A stretch of DNA of 64,000 bases from Acutalibacteraceae bacterium (GTDB taxonomy: Bacteria; Bacillota; Clostridia; Oscillospirales; Acutalibacteraceae). The first letter of the stretch is position 1, and each line of letters begins with the position of its first letter. The position numbers and the translations under genes were made by a program. The notes under the pieces are model-generated. The model was not told the origin of the DNA. It saw only the letters and a program-made list of their open reading frames with translations, and did not search any database. Shown one piece after another: positions 34,075 through 44,037 of this stretch. The stretch lies in the NCBI GenBank assembly GCA_045636025.1, contig JAZTWP010000051.1, positions 5,957 through 69,956 of the forward strand. The letters run 5' to 3'.

Positions 34075-36114
34075 ATGAAAAAACCTGAAATACTCGCACC
34101 CGTAGGCGGAAAAGAACAGCTCGAAGCTGCCGTCCGTTCGGGGGCAGATGCCGTTTATCTCGGCACAAAAAACTTCAATGCGAGAAACAGCGCAGAAAAT
34201 TTTGATGAATCATCGCTCTCTGATGCGGTGAAATATTGTCACGCAAGAAATGTAAAAGTGTATGTGACAATGAATACTCTTTTTACCGATAAAGAAACTC
34301 AGGAACTGATAAATGAAATAAAAATGATTGCCTCCTCAGGTGCAGATGCTGTTATTATTCAGGACTTAGGCGTTGCCGCATTGTGGAAGAAATATTGTCC
34401 CTCAATGCCTCTTCACGCATCAACACAGATGACAATTCACAATGTTGCAGGTGCTGTTCAGGCTGAAGAACTTGGTTTTAAGCGTCTTGTTCTTGCCCGT
34501 GAGCTGTCACTTGAAGAAATAAGAAAAATTGCAGAGGGCACAAAGGCTGAAATAGAAGTTTTTGTTCACGGGGCGCTCTGTATGAGTGTTTCGGGCACTT
34601 GTCTGCTTTCCTCAATGATAGGCTCAAGAAGCGGAAACAGAGGCAGATGTGCTCAGCCCTGCAGACTTGACTTCAAGTGCGGCGGCAGAGAATATGCTCT
34701 TTCGCTGAAAGACCTGTCACTTGTTGATAAAGTCAATGAACTTGCCGAAGCAGGTGTTTCATCACTTAAAATAGAGGGCAGAATGAAGCGTGCCGAGTAT
34801 GTTGCTGCGGCTGTTACTGCTGTGAAAAAATCACTTGCAGGCGAGAAGTATGATGAGGAATCTCTCAGAGCTGTTTTCTCAAGAAGCGGATTCACAAAGG
34901 GATATTTCCTCGGTCAGCGTAACCTTGAAATGTTCGGTTACCGCAGAAAAGAAGATGTTACCGCTGCTGCAGGTGTGCTTAAAAACCTTGCACAGCTTTA
35001 TAAAGATGAAATAAGAAAAATCCCCGTTGATATAAAATTTTATGCAGATGCAGACGGAACATCACTTACCGTTTCTGACGGTGTAAATACTGTTTCTGTG
35101 GACGGAGAAAAGCCTCAGACTGCTCAGACAAAGCCTCTTGACGGTGAATTTGCCGAAAAATGTTTTTCAAAACTCGGAGGAACAATCTTTTATGTGAATT
35201 CTTTTGAGTATGAAATAGGCGAAAATCTCTCTGTTTCCGCATCTGTGATGAATTCCATGAGAAGAGAGGCAACAGACAAGCTGTATGAGCTCAGAGCTGT
35301 TGCAACACCCTATGAAATCACAGAGCCTGAAGCTCCGGCAAGAGTCAGCTCTGCAGGATACTCTGCAAAAACAGTCAGAGTCCGTTTTGAAAAATTCGCT
35401 CAGAGCTTTGATGATGAAAAGATTGAAAAAATCATTCTTCCCGTCAGCGAAATACTCAGAAATCCCGAGTGCGTAACGCTTTACGGCAGAAAAATTGTCT
35501 GCGAAATGCCGTTTCTTGTATTTGCTGAAAATGAAGAAACTTTCCTCGGTGTGCTCGGCAAGGTAAAATCCCTCGGTGTCAGAGAAGTACTTGCCGATAA
35601 CATAGGAACTCTGGCAATGGCAAGAAATCTCGGTTTTAATGTGCACGGCGGTCACGGACTCAATGTGCTCAATTCCGTTGCCTTTGCGGAGTATGAAAAA
35701 CTCGGAGCCTCGGATATAACTCTTTCACCCGAAATTTCAATGGCTTCTGTAGGCAGAATAACAAGCAGAGTCAGAAAAGGTATTCTCGGTTACGGCTTTT
35801 TACCGCTTATGCGATTCAGAGCCTGCCCTGCTCAGGGCAAAAACGGTTGCGGTGACTGCAAAGGTCTTACCGTTATTACCGACAGAAGAGGTACAGACTT
35901 CTATAATATATGCTCGGCAAAGAAATATTCTTCTCTTCTCAACAGCGTACCTCTTTACATAGGCGACAAACCTTATGACGGTGCAGACTTTGTGACTTTG
36001 TATTTTACTTTTGAGAAGAAAGAAACCTGCCTTAGAATTTTTGAATGTTTTATAAATAAAAAATCACCCGAAATGAGAAAAACGGGCGGTCTTTACTATC
36101 GTGAGCTGTTATGA
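34075..36114 (+). CDS. U32 family peptidase (collagenase-like / RNA hydroxylation-associated family)
   Basis: 679 aa. The N-terminus KPEILAPVGG...GADAVYLG and the E-x-F-x-H-G-A-x-C-x-S-x-S-G-x-C signature (EVFVHGALCMSVSGTC) are present. Confidence 0.88.
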   Translation: MKKPEILAPVGGKEQLEAAVRSGADAVYLGTKNFNARNSAENFDESSLSDAVKYCHARNVKVYVTMNTLFTDKETQELINEIKMIASSGADAVIIQDLGVAALWKKYCPSMPLHASTQMTIHNVAGAVQAEELGFKRLVLARELSLEEIRKIAEGTKAEIEVFVHGALCMSVSGTCLLSSMIGSRSGNRGRCAQPCRLDFKCGGREYALSLKDLSLVDKVNELAEAGVSSLKIEGRMKRAEYVAAAVTAVKKSLAGEKYDEESLRAVFSRSGFTKGYFLGQRNLEMFGYRRKEDVTAAAGVLKNLAQLYKDEIRKIPVDIKFYADADGTSLTVSDGVNTVSVDGEKPQTAQTKPLDGEFAEKCFSKLGGTIFYVNSFEYEIGENLSVSASVMNSMRREATDKLYELRAVATPYEITEPEAPARVSSAGYSAKTVRVRFEKFAQSFDDEKIEKIILPVSEILRNPECVTLYGRKIVCEMPFLVFAENEETFLGVLGKVKSLGVREVLADNIGTLAMARNLGFNVHGGHGLNVLNSVAFAEYEKLGASDITLSPEISMASVGRITSRVRKGILGYGFLPLMRFRACPAQGKNGCGDCKGLTVITDRRGTDFYNICSAKKYSSLLNSVPLYIGDKPYDGADFVTLYFTFEKKETCLRIFECFINKKSPEMRKTGGLYYRELL

Positions 36115-37016
36115 TGCATTACTATTCACTTAACGAATATTGCCGCAACGAATTCGGCCATAAATTATATAAACTTTCTCTTGACGGCGGAATGACCTGT
36201 CCTAACAGAGACGGAAAAATCGGCACGGGTGGTTGTATTTTCTGCTCCGACGAAGGGTCAGGGGAGTTTGCCGCAAAGAAATGCAGTGATATTTCTTCGC
36301 AGATTGAAAATGCGAAACTTCGTGTTGCCCACAAGAATAAGGGCGGAAAATATATTGCATATTTTCAGAGTTTCACAAACACTTATGCGCCCGTAGAATA
36401 TCTCAGAGAAATTTTTACAGAGGCGATAAATCATCCCGATATTGAGGTTTTGTCTGTTGCCACAAGACCCGATTGTGTCGGTGATGATGTGACAGAGCTT
36501 CTCTCGGAGCTTAACAGAATCAAACCCGTTTGGGTTGAACTGGGATTTCAGACGTCAGATGAAAAATCGGCTGAATATATAGGCAGAGGATATACAAATG
36601 ATGTTTTTGAATCTGCCGTAAAAAGACTTTCTGACGTAAACATAAAAGTTGTTGCACACATAATTCTCGGTCTGCCCGGTGAAAATTTTCAGACAATGGC
36701 AGACAGCGTCAGATTTGTGTGTGACTGCGGAATATGGGGCATAAAACTTCATCTTCTGCATATTCTCAAAGGAGCACGTCTTGAAAAGGAATATGAAAAA
36801 TGTGTTTTTGAGTGTTTCGGTGAAAAAGAATATCTTGAAACCGTTTGTGAATTGCTGAAAATTATTCCGTCAGATGTTGTTATTCACAGACTTACGGGTG
36901 ACGGTGACAAGAGAAAACTCATTGCTCCCTTGTGGAGTGCAAATAAAAAAGAAGTGCTTTCATCACTTGCAAAAATGCTTGATGAAAAACAGATAAAACA
37001 AGGCTCGGAGTCTTGA
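36111..37016 (+). CDS. TIGR01212-family radical SAM protein
   Basis: 301 aa. The start overlaps the upstream stop (ATGA). CPNRDGKIGTGGCIFC is the family-specific Cys cluster. Confidence 0.85.
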   Translation: MMHYYSLNEYCRNEFGHKLYKLSLDGGMTCPNRDGKIGTGGCIFCSDEGSGEFAAKKCSDISSQIENAKLRVAHKNKGGKYIAYFQSFTNTYAPVEYLREIFTEAINHPDIEVLSVATRPDCVGDDVTELLSELNRIKPVWVELGFQTSDEKSAEYIGRGYTNDVFESAVKRLSDVNIKVVAHIILGLPGENFQTMADSVRFVCDCGIWGIKLHLLHILKGARLEKEYEKCVFECFGEKEYLETVCELLKIIPSDVVIHRLTGDGDKRKLIAPLWSANKKEVLSSLAKMLDEKQIKQGSES

Positions 37017-37051
37017 TATAACGTGTAAGAATTATTTACGGAGATGATGAT

Positions 37052-38275
37052 ATGACAAGTCAGGATTTCAGAAAGCTCTCAGCTCTGCTTGAAAATATAA
37101 AAGAGGGTGACAGAGATTCTTTTTCTGCCGTTTATAAAATGTATGAGAAAAAGGCATATTTTCTTTTCTGCAAGCTTGTAAACAGTAAATCTGAGGCTGC
37201 AAAACTTACAATTGAACTTTTCGATTATGTATATCTGCAGATTTCAAATTTCCCTGACCCCATAGATTTTGAAAAATGGCTTTATATAACGCTTTTTTCA
37301 AGAGCAAAAAGACATATGGCTCAGAGCAATCCCGATAAGGCAGAAGATTTTGCAGATGCCGAATCACCCGAAGCAGAGGAGATTGAAGCTCTTCTTGCTC
37401 AGGATTCTGAAGAAATGCTCTCTTACCCCGAAGGAATCAATATTTCTGTTGATATGATGAAAACAGCAGATTCCGTGCTCAGTGAATTGCCTTTCAGACT
37501 CCGCTTTGCCGTGTTGGGATATTATTTCTGCGGTTTTGAAATTGCAGATATCTCCGCACTTGAACAGATTTCTGTTGCTGCAGTAAAACACAGACTCCAC
37601 AAAGCAAGAATCAGAATGAAAACAGAAGAGCACAAGTTTACCGAGCTCGGTTATGATTGTGTGGGACTTGTTGTTTTTCTTCCCGATATCTTTTCAACCA
37701 TGGCTCAGAATATTGTTATGGCAGCCGATGTTGCGGCAGGTGTGACCGGGAGAACGGGAATTGTCTGCACAAGCGCAGATCCCTTTGCCGCAAGAAACAG
37801 AAACGTCGGTTTTCAGCCTGCAAATAATGTGGTGACAACTGTTTCAAAGCCCTCAAAGTATGCGGTGGCACCGCCTCCCGTTCTGAAAAAGAACGAGAGT
37901 ATGTCACCTGCTGTGCGTATTGTTATGGCTGTTGTTGCAATTCTTGTGATTATCAGCGCAACTGTTGCGGTTGTTCTGATTGTTCAGGGGTCAAAGAATG
38001 CAGTACCGCAAGGTTCTGTGGATAATGCTCCCGATACGGAACAGCATACTGCCATTGAAATCACAACAAAGGAAACAACATCAGCTTCAACAACGGTTCC
38101 CGAAACAACTACTGCAGAAGAAACAACCACAGAAGCTGAAACCACAACAGAAGAAACAACAACTGCAGAAGAAACCACAACAGAAGAAACAACTACTCAG
38201 GAACCTGACGGTGAAACAACAACTTCTGATGTGATAGAAGAAGATGAACCCGGTTTTAATATCAGCGTGGGGTGA
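37052..38275 (+). CDS. Sigma-70 (ECF-like) region2/region4 protein fused to a TM helix and a Thr/Glu-rich extracytoplasmic tail
   Basis: 407 aa. The region-2-like segment is FEKWLYITLFSRAKRH. The region-4 HTH-like segment is LPFRLRFAVLGYYFCGFEIADISALEQISVAAVKHRLHKARIRMK. The TM helix is VRIVMAVVAILVIISATVAVVLIV. ETTT-type repeats follow. Confidence 0.65.
   Translation: MTSQDFRKLSALLENIKEGDRDSFSAVYKMYEKKAYFLFCKLVNSKSEAAKLTIELFDYVYLQISNFPDPIDFEKWLYITLFSRAKRHMAQSNPDKAEDFADAESPEAEEIEALLAQDSEEMLSYPEGINISVDMMKTADSVLSELPFRLRFAVLGYYFCGFEIADISALEQISVAAVKHRLHKARIRMKTEEHKFTELGYDCVGLVVFLPDIFSTMAQNIVMAADVAAGVTGRTGIVCTSADPFAARNRNVGFQPANNVVTTVSKPSKYAVAPPPVLKKNESMSPAVRIVMAVVAILVIISATVAVVLIVQGSKNAVPQGSVDNAPDTEQHTAIEITTKETTSASTTVPETTTAEETTTEAETTTEETTTAEETTTEETTTQEPDGETTTSDVIEEDEPGFNISVG
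38062..38226 (+). repeat. Low-complexity tandem coding repeat (gaagaaacaacNac units encoding E-T-T-T)
   Basis: The units gaaacaac(t/a)ac(t)gcagaagaa are visible directly in the DNA. The protein reads TTAEETTTEAETTTEETTTAEETTTEETTTQE. Confidence 0.8.
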
Positions 38276-38280
38276 GTATA

Positions 38281-39777
38281 ATGTCATTGATGAAACTTAA
38301 AAGCGGTACAGATGTAAGAGGAACCGCAATAGGTGAAAAAACAGACCTTACAAATGAAGCTATAAGAAAAATAACAGCAGGTTTTGTTGAAACCGTTAAG
38401 GAAAAGACAGGGATTGAACCCGAAGAAATGACTGTGGCTGTAGGTCACGATTCAAGACTTTCTGCAGAAAGAATCAGAAACAATGTTGTTGCAGTGCTTT
38501 CTCATTACGGTGTAAAAGTGCTCGACTGCGGACTTGCATCAACTCCTGCTATGTTTATGACAACTGTGGAGCTTGGCTGTACCGCTTCCGTGCAGATTAC
38601 CGCAAGTCATCATCCGTCTGACAAAAACGGACTCAAATTCTTCACCGCAAATGGTGGTTTTGAGTCTGAAGATATTGTGAAAGTCCTTGAAATTGCAGAA
38701 AATACAGATGTTTCAGCCATCGGTGACGATGACAACAGTACATTCTGCGATTTTATGAAAACTTATGCGGATATCCTTTGCAGAATGATTTGCGAAGGTG
38801 TCAACGCAGAAAATTATAACAGACCTCTTGAGGGATTCCGTATCGTTGCCGATGCAGGTAACGGTGTCGGAGGTTTCTATGCAACAGATGTGCTCCGAAA
38901 ACTCGGAGCAGACATAAACGGAAGCCGTTTTCTTGAGCCTGACGGTAATTTTCCCAATCACGCTCCCAATCCTGAAAATAAAGATGCAATGAAGTCAATT
39001 TCCGAGGCTGTTATCACTTCGGGTGCCGATTTCGGTGTTATTTTTGATACAGACGTTGACAGAGCTGCCTGCGTTGATGAAAACGGAAATGAAATCAACA
39101 GAAATTCTCTTGTTGCGCTGGCATCTGTTATTGCACTCCAAAACAATGAGGGAGGCACAATTGTTACCGACTCCGTTACAAGTGACGGGCTGAAGATTTT
39201 TATTGAGAAAAATCTCGGCGGCAAGCATCATCGATTCAGAAGAGGATACAAAAACGTTATCAATGAGGCAATCAGACTCAATAAGGAGGGTGTGAATTGC
39301 CCTCTTGCCATTGAAACTTCAGGTCACGCGGCTCTGAGAGAAAATTATTTCCTTGATGACGGTGCATACCTCATAACAAAAATCATCATTCTTCTTGCAA
39401 AGCTCAGAAAAGAGGGCAGAAAAATCGGTGATATGATAAGCGATATGAAACAGCCTGCAGAGGAAAAAGAGCTTCGTTTTGCAATTCTCTGTGAAGATTT
39501 CAGGTCTTACGGAAACAAGGTCATTTCTGCCCTTGAAGAGTATGCATCAGGTCGTGAGGGCTGGACGGTTGCCGATGACAACCGTGAGGGTATCAGAATT
39601 TCACTTGATAACAACCATGGCAACGGCTGGATGCTTTTAAGACTCAGCGTACACGACCCTATTCTTCCTTTCAATGCGGAAAGTGATTCCGAGGGCGGAG
39701 TTGAGATTATTCTTGATGAATTTTACGGCTTTATAAAAGATTTTGACAAACTTGATTTGTCAGTTTTCGGAAAATGA
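38281..39777 (+). CDS. Phosphoglucomutase/phosphomannomutase family protein
   Basis: Trimmed to the ATG at 38281. The active-site serine loop is TASHHPSDKNG. The metal loop is FDTDVDR. The sugar-binding segment is ETSGHAA. Confidence 0.88.
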   Translation: MSLMKLKSGTDVRGTAIGEKTDLTNEAIRKITAGFVETVKEKTGIEPEEMTVAVGHDSRLSAERIRNNVVAVLSHYGVKVLDCGLASTPAMFMTTVELGCTASVQITASHHPSDKNGLKFFTANGGFESEDIVKVLEIAENTDVSAIGDDDNSTFCDFMKTYADILCRMICEGVNAENYNRPLEGFRIVADAGNGVGGFYATDVLRKLGADINGSRFLEPDGNFPNHAPNPENKDAMKSISEAVITSGADFGVIFDTDVDRAACVDENGNEINRNSLVALASVIALQNNEGGTIVTDSVTSDGLKIFIEKNLGGKHHRFRRGYKNVINEAIRLNKEGVNCPLAIETSGHAALRENYFLDDGAYLITKIIILLAKLRKEGRKIGDMISDMKQPAEEKELRFAILCEDFRSYGNKVISALEEYASGREGWTVADDNREGIRISLDNNHGNGWMLLRLSVHDPILPFNAESDSEGGVEIILDEFYGFIKDFDKLDLSVFGK

Positions 39778-39886
39778 TATATTTTTATCTGACATAGTAT
39801 CAAATAAGTGTATTTTTCTTCTTGATTTGTCAGTTGAAAAGTGTTATTATGTATTATACGAAATAGTTTTTTCGGAGGTAATTTTT

Positions 39887-41029
39887 ATGTATGCTTTTTT
39901 AGGTCAGCTTCTTCAGCCTATAGTGTCTGTAATTATGACATTCGTTATGTCACTTGCAACATTATTTGGTACAACAGGTGTTATCACAACAAGAGAACCT
40001 GCAGAATTTGACAATGTTAAAAATGTTATTTACCTTATCGGCGACGGTATGGGTCCTCTCCATCTTGAAAAGACAAAGCAGGAGCGTTCAGTTTCTCTTG
40101 CAATGGATATGTTTGAAATTGAAGGCAGATCAAGAACTCGTTCACTTTCAGCTGCAGTTACAGACAGTGCAGCAGGCGGTACAGCTCTTGCTTGCGGTAC
40201 AAGAACTTTCAACGGCGCTCTCGGTGTTTATATGTATGATCCCCTCGGCACAGTTACTCAGCCCAAGAGTATTACAGAACTCTGTGCTGAAAACGGTATG
40301 ATGACAGGTGTTATCACAACAGATAACACATCAGGTGCAACTCCTTCATCTTTCACAGTTCATACAGACAGCAGAAACAACACAGAAGATATTGATACTC
40401 AGCAGATGGCTTCAGATTTTGATCTCATCTGGGGCGTAACATCAAAATATGTTTCAAAAGAAGGCTGTGAAGCAAACGGTTTCACTTATGTTACAACATA
40501 TTCAGAAATGATGGCTCTTGAAGAAGGCAGCCGCAGCTTTGCTCAGTTTGACCACAAATTATGGGGTGTTCAGCAGGCAAATGACGAAACACCTACTCTT
40601 TCACAGATGACAGCAAAGGCTATTGACCTTCTTGATGATACAGATGAAGGTTTCTTCCTTATGGTTGAGGGTGCTCACATCGATAAGCATTCACACGACA
40701 ATAATTCAGAGGCAATGACAGAATCACTCGTTGAGTTTGATAATGCAATTGCTTACGCTCTCGAGTATGCAAAGAACGACGGAGAAACTCTCGTTATCGT
40801 TACAGCAGACCACGAAACAGGCGGAATCGTTCTCAATGACGACGGCACATACTCATACACTCAGGGTGGTCACAGCGCTGCAAACGTTCCCGTTCTTGTT
40901 TACGGTTCAGATAACTTCATTGAAAACGGTGAAGTTATTGATAACATCGATATCCCCACAAGAATCGCTTACTCACTCGGTTTTACAGCAGAACAGTTCC
41001 CTGTTGCAATTGCCGGCAAATTTTCATAA
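39887..41029 (+). CDS. Alkaline phosphatase (secreted or membrane-anchored)
   Basis: Trimmed to the ATG at 39887 (GGAGG RBS). An N-terminal hydrophobic anchor is present. The motifs are IGDGMG, the active-site TDSAAGGTA and the metal ligands EGAHIDKHSH and DHETGG. Confidence 0.88.
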   Translation: MYAFLGQLLQPIVSVIMTFVMSLATLFGTTGVITTREPAEFDNVKNVIYLIGDGMGPLHLEKTKQERSVSLAMDMFEIEGRSRTRSLSAAVTDSAAGGTALACGTRTFNGALGVYMYDPLGTVTQPKSITELCAENGMMTGVITTDNTSGATPSSFTVHTDSRNNTEDIDTQQMASDFDLIWGVTSKYVSKEGCEANGFTYVTTYSEMMALEEGSRSFAQFDHKLWGVQQANDETPTLSQMTAKAIDLLDDTDEGFFLMVEGAHIDKHSHDNNSEAMTESLVEFDNAIAYALEYAKNDGETLVIVTADHETGGIVLNDDGTYSYTQGGHSAANVPVLVYGSDNFIENGEVIDNIDIPTRIAYSLGFTAEQFPVAIAGKFS

Positions 41030-41078
41030 TCAGTAAATAAACTTTAAGTTTTATCAATAAAATTCAGGAGGTGCGGTA

Positions 41079-42029
41079 ATGAGCTCAGGAAGTAAAAAAA
41101 TTATATTGGGAAGCCTTTCTTCCCTTGTTATTGTTCTTGCTGCTGCAGTTGCAATCTGGCTTATTGCCGGCGATCCGCAGAATCTGCCCATAGGCAACAA
41201 CGGCGGAATTCAGGAAGTTACCTATTCAAGTCCCCTTACAAGCAATGTGTTTTCAACAGCACCCGAGGTTGAGGCTACAACTCCCTCCACAACGGAAAAG
41301 CCGAAATCAGAAGCGGAAATATATGTTGAACAGTTTCTTTCAGAAGCAAGTACATACAATCAGAATGTTGAAATCACAACAAAACCTCAGCAGGACAGAC
41401 CTTTCTTCCATGTTGTAACATCAGGTACTGTTACCGATGATAACTCTCTTGCAGGTCTTGAAGGTCCTGCAAAAACAGTTGGTGAGGTTATTCTTGCGGC
41501 AGGCTTCAGATATGATAAGGAGCAGGGAATTTTCTATTCTGAAACAGATTCATGGCAGAGAAATTTCGGTTTTACTCCGCTTTACGATGCAGGTGCTGCA
41601 TTCACCGGTATGTATTACGATACAATGCGTCTTAAGTTCCATTATGACGGTCTTGACTGGATGTTCCAGATATGGAAAGGCAGATACGGTATCACAACCG
41701 GTGGTGAAATGGGTATTTACTACAAACAGCCCCAGCACGATGAGATTTTCTATGCCTGCGCTAAAGACCATCAGAAAGTCACAATGTCATATGCCCTTTA
41801 CAGAGGCGATGAGCTCTTTATCACAAGAGGTCCCGAGCCTCATTGGTGGCTCACAGGCTTCAGGCTCTTTGAGCTTGCTGCTCCTCAGGAGCTTACAATG
41901 CACGCAACATTCTTTATGGATGAAAAGGGTATGGCAGACGCACTTGAAGGTGCACTTCAGGAGCTTGGCTTTGTTGAAGGCGTTAACTATCAGCGTCTCG
42001 GTCTTACAATGACAATTATCTGGAGATAA
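41079..42029 (+). CDS. Membrane-anchored hypothetical protein (DUF4474-like)
   Basis: 316 aa. There is an N-terminal TM anchor and a conserved-looking C-terminal domain (FGFTPLYD...WKGRYGITTGGEMGIY). The family name is from memory and is tentative. Confidence 0.5.
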   Translation: MSSGSKKIILGSLSSLVIVLAAAVAIWLIAGDPQNLPIGNNGGIQEVTYSSPLTSNVFSTAPEVEATTPSTTEKPKSEAEIYVEQFLSEASTYNQNVEITTKPQQDRPFFHVVTSGTVTDDNSLAGLEGPAKTVGEVILAAGFRYDKEQGIFYSETDSWQRNFGFTPLYDAGAAFTGMYYDTMRLKFHYDGLDWMFQIWKGRYGITTGGEMGIYYKQPQHDEIFYACAKDHQKVTMSYALYRGDELFITRGPEPHWWLTGFRLFELAAPQELTMHATFFMDEKGMADALEGALQELGFVEGVNYQRLGLTMTIIWR

Positions 42030-42042
42030 AATTAAAATCTAA

Positions 42043-42074
42043 GGACATCGGTTTTATTCCGATGTCTTTTTTTT
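42043..42074 (+). terminator. Intrinsic terminator
   Basis: Stem gacatcgg / ccgatgtc, followed by tttttttt. Confidence 0.75.
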
Positions 42075-42085
42075 GCATAAAAATA

Positions 42086-42114
42086 TTGACACTTTCTGCA
42101 AAAATGCTTAAAAT
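42086..42114 (+). promoter_or_regulatory. Promoter for the lipase gene
   Basis: TTGACA (42086-42091), a 17-nt spacer, then TAAAAT (42109-42114). Confidence 0.5.
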
Positions 42115-42142
42115 GAAATTATAAAGTTTCAGGAGGTACAAT

Positions 42143-43423
42143 ATGAAAAAAATCATCAGTATTTTATTATCCGTTTCACTTCTTCTTACTGTATGTTTTG
42201 TGCCTGTTTATGCAGAAGAAACTCCTGCCGCAACAGACTATGAACTTGACGGCAGTTATCCCTATGTTTTTGTTCACGGTATGGGCGGATGGGGACCCGG
42301 CTATGACGAAATGCCTTATTGGGGCGGTTGGGCAGAGTCCGAAGGTGACGTTATTGAGATGTTCAACAGCAACGGAATCGAAGCTTATGCTGCTTCTGTA
42401 GGTCCTTTTAACAGTGCGTGGGACAGAGCTTGTGAACTTTATGCTCAGCTTGCAGGTACTGTTGTTGACTACGGTGAAGCTCATTCAAAAGAACACAATC
42501 ACGACCGTTACGGTACAGATTTTTCTTCAAAACCCCTTATGGGTGAACCCTGGGATTTTGAAAGCCCCATCAATATGGTAGGTCACAGCTTCGGTGGCCC
42601 CACTGTAAGACTTTTTGCATCACTTATCGCTTACGGTGATGAAACTGAACTTGCCGCAACGGGTGAAGACACATCTCCTCTCTTTGCAGGCGGTCACGAA
42701 AAATGCATCAATGCCCTTATTACATTCTCAGGTGTGCATAACGGCTCACCCATTGCAAATCTTATTTATGACAACGAACTGATTATGACAATGATTGCTT
42801 TCGGTGCAAATCTTCTCGGTGTTCTTTTCGGCAAGAGCGTTATGATGTATGAAAACGTTCAGCTCGGTCACTTCGGCATCACAGCAAGAGATGATCAGGA
42901 AAAAGCAACTTTCAGCACAGAAAGAATCAATAATTTTGCACACACAAAAGACATCTGCGGTTATGATATGACACTCAGAGGTGCTCAGGAGCTTAATGCA
43001 AAAATTAAGCTTTCTCCCTACACATATTACTACTCATATTCAACAATCGCAGTCAACGAAACTGCAGCAGGTACATATGTGCCCATCAGTTCAACATTCA
43101 CACTTTTCTATATGACATCTCTCTACATCGGTGCTCTTGAGGGTAAGACAATTGACGGTGTTTATATGGATGAAAACTGGGCAATCAACGACGGTATAGT
43201 GCCTCTTGCAAGTGCTCTTTATCCGTCTGATTGTGCAGATACGGCAAAGAATTATGAAGAAGCTGTAAGTCAGGGTGAAGAAATTGAAACAGGAAGATGG
43301 TATTATATGACACCTTCAACAGGTTTTGACCACTTTGACTACTGCGGTACAATAGATTACCCCACAAGTTTTGAAGATTTCTATTTCTCACTTGTGGAAA
43401 CAGTAAATAAAACTAATAAATAA
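42143..43423 (+). CDS. Secreted triacylglycerol lipase-like alpha/beta hydrolase
   Basis: 426 aa with a signal peptide. YPYVFVHGMGGWG is the oxyanion region and the GHSFGG nucleophile elbow resembles Gram-positive lipases. Confidence 0.75.
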   Translation: MKKIISILLSVSLLLTVCFVPVYAEETPAATDYELDGSYPYVFVHGMGGWGPGYDEMPYWGGWAESEGDVIEMFNSNGIEAYAASVGPFNSAWDRACELYAQLAGTVVDYGEAHSKEHNHDRYGTDFSSKPLMGEPWDFESPINMVGHSFGGPTVRLFASLIAYGDETELAATGEDTSPLFAGGHEKCINALITFSGVHNGSPIANLIYDNELIMTMIAFGANLLGVLFGKSVMMYENVQLGHFGITARDDQEKATFSTERINNFAHTKDICGYDMTLRGAQELNAKIKLSPYTYYYSYSTIAVNETAAGTYVPISSTFTLFYMTSLYIGALEGKTIDGVYMDENWAINDGIVPLASALYPSDCADTAKNYEEAVSQGEEIETGRWYYMTPSTGFDHFDYCGTIDYPTSFEDFYFSLVETVNKTNK

Positions 43424-43434
43424 AATCAAAAAAT

Positions 43435-43460
43435 AAGAGGAGGTTTCAGAACCTCCTCTT
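43435..43460. terminator. Bidirectional intrinsic terminator
   Basis: Stem agaggaggtt / aacctcctct with a tcag loop, an A-run before it and a T-run after it. It lies between convergent genes. Confidence 0.75.
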
Positions 43461-43463
43461 TAT

Positions 43464-43835
43464 TTATGTAACTTTCAGTAATGTTATTTTTCCGTTTGCA
43501 TCAACGTTATATGTGTAGATGTATTTTGAAGCAACTTCATCCGTATCGGATTTTGTGTATTCAAAAGTTATGTTTACGGTGCCTTCACCGATTTCTCTGA
43601 ATGTGTATTTCTGTGTGCCTCCGCCCGAAGAAAGTATAGCGGATGAATCGGGAATAAAATATTTGCCCGATAAAACAAGCACATCGTTTCTGTCGCAGGA
43701 ATACTCCCAGACATAACCCGAGGACGGGTCTGCATAAAGCTCAATGTCAACCGTTTCCGCTCCGAAACCAAACAGATTTATCAGCGCAGGAAAAAAGGCG
43801 AGAATTATTTTCAGAAAATTGAAAATTGCAGCCAC
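43464..43835 (-). CDS. Protease inhibitor I42 (chagasin-like) family protein
   Basis: 123 aa with a GTG start. An N-terminal hydrophobic segment is present. DPSSGYVWEY matches the NPTTGY-W signature loop, and a later GGG...F loop fits as well. Confidence 0.65.
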   Translation of the reverse strand: MAAIFNFLKIILAFFPALINLFGFGAETVDIELYADPSSGYVWEYSCDRNDVLVLSGKYFIPDSSAILSSGGGTQKYTFREIGEGTVNITFEYTKSDTDEVASKYIYTYNVDANGKITLLKVT

Positions 43836-44037
43836 AGGAACCCCTCTTTCGTCCGTTTATGATATAAGTATAACAATTGATTCACAGTTTGTCAATTTTT
43901 TATACTTAAAAAGTTAAAAAATCTGTAACTATTGTGAAGTATTTATGTAATAATTAAAGGAAAATTTGTTTTTTGCTTTACTTTAGGAAAGCAGTGTATT
44001 ATAATATGTAGTGTATAACTTACAGGAGGCAGATCAG

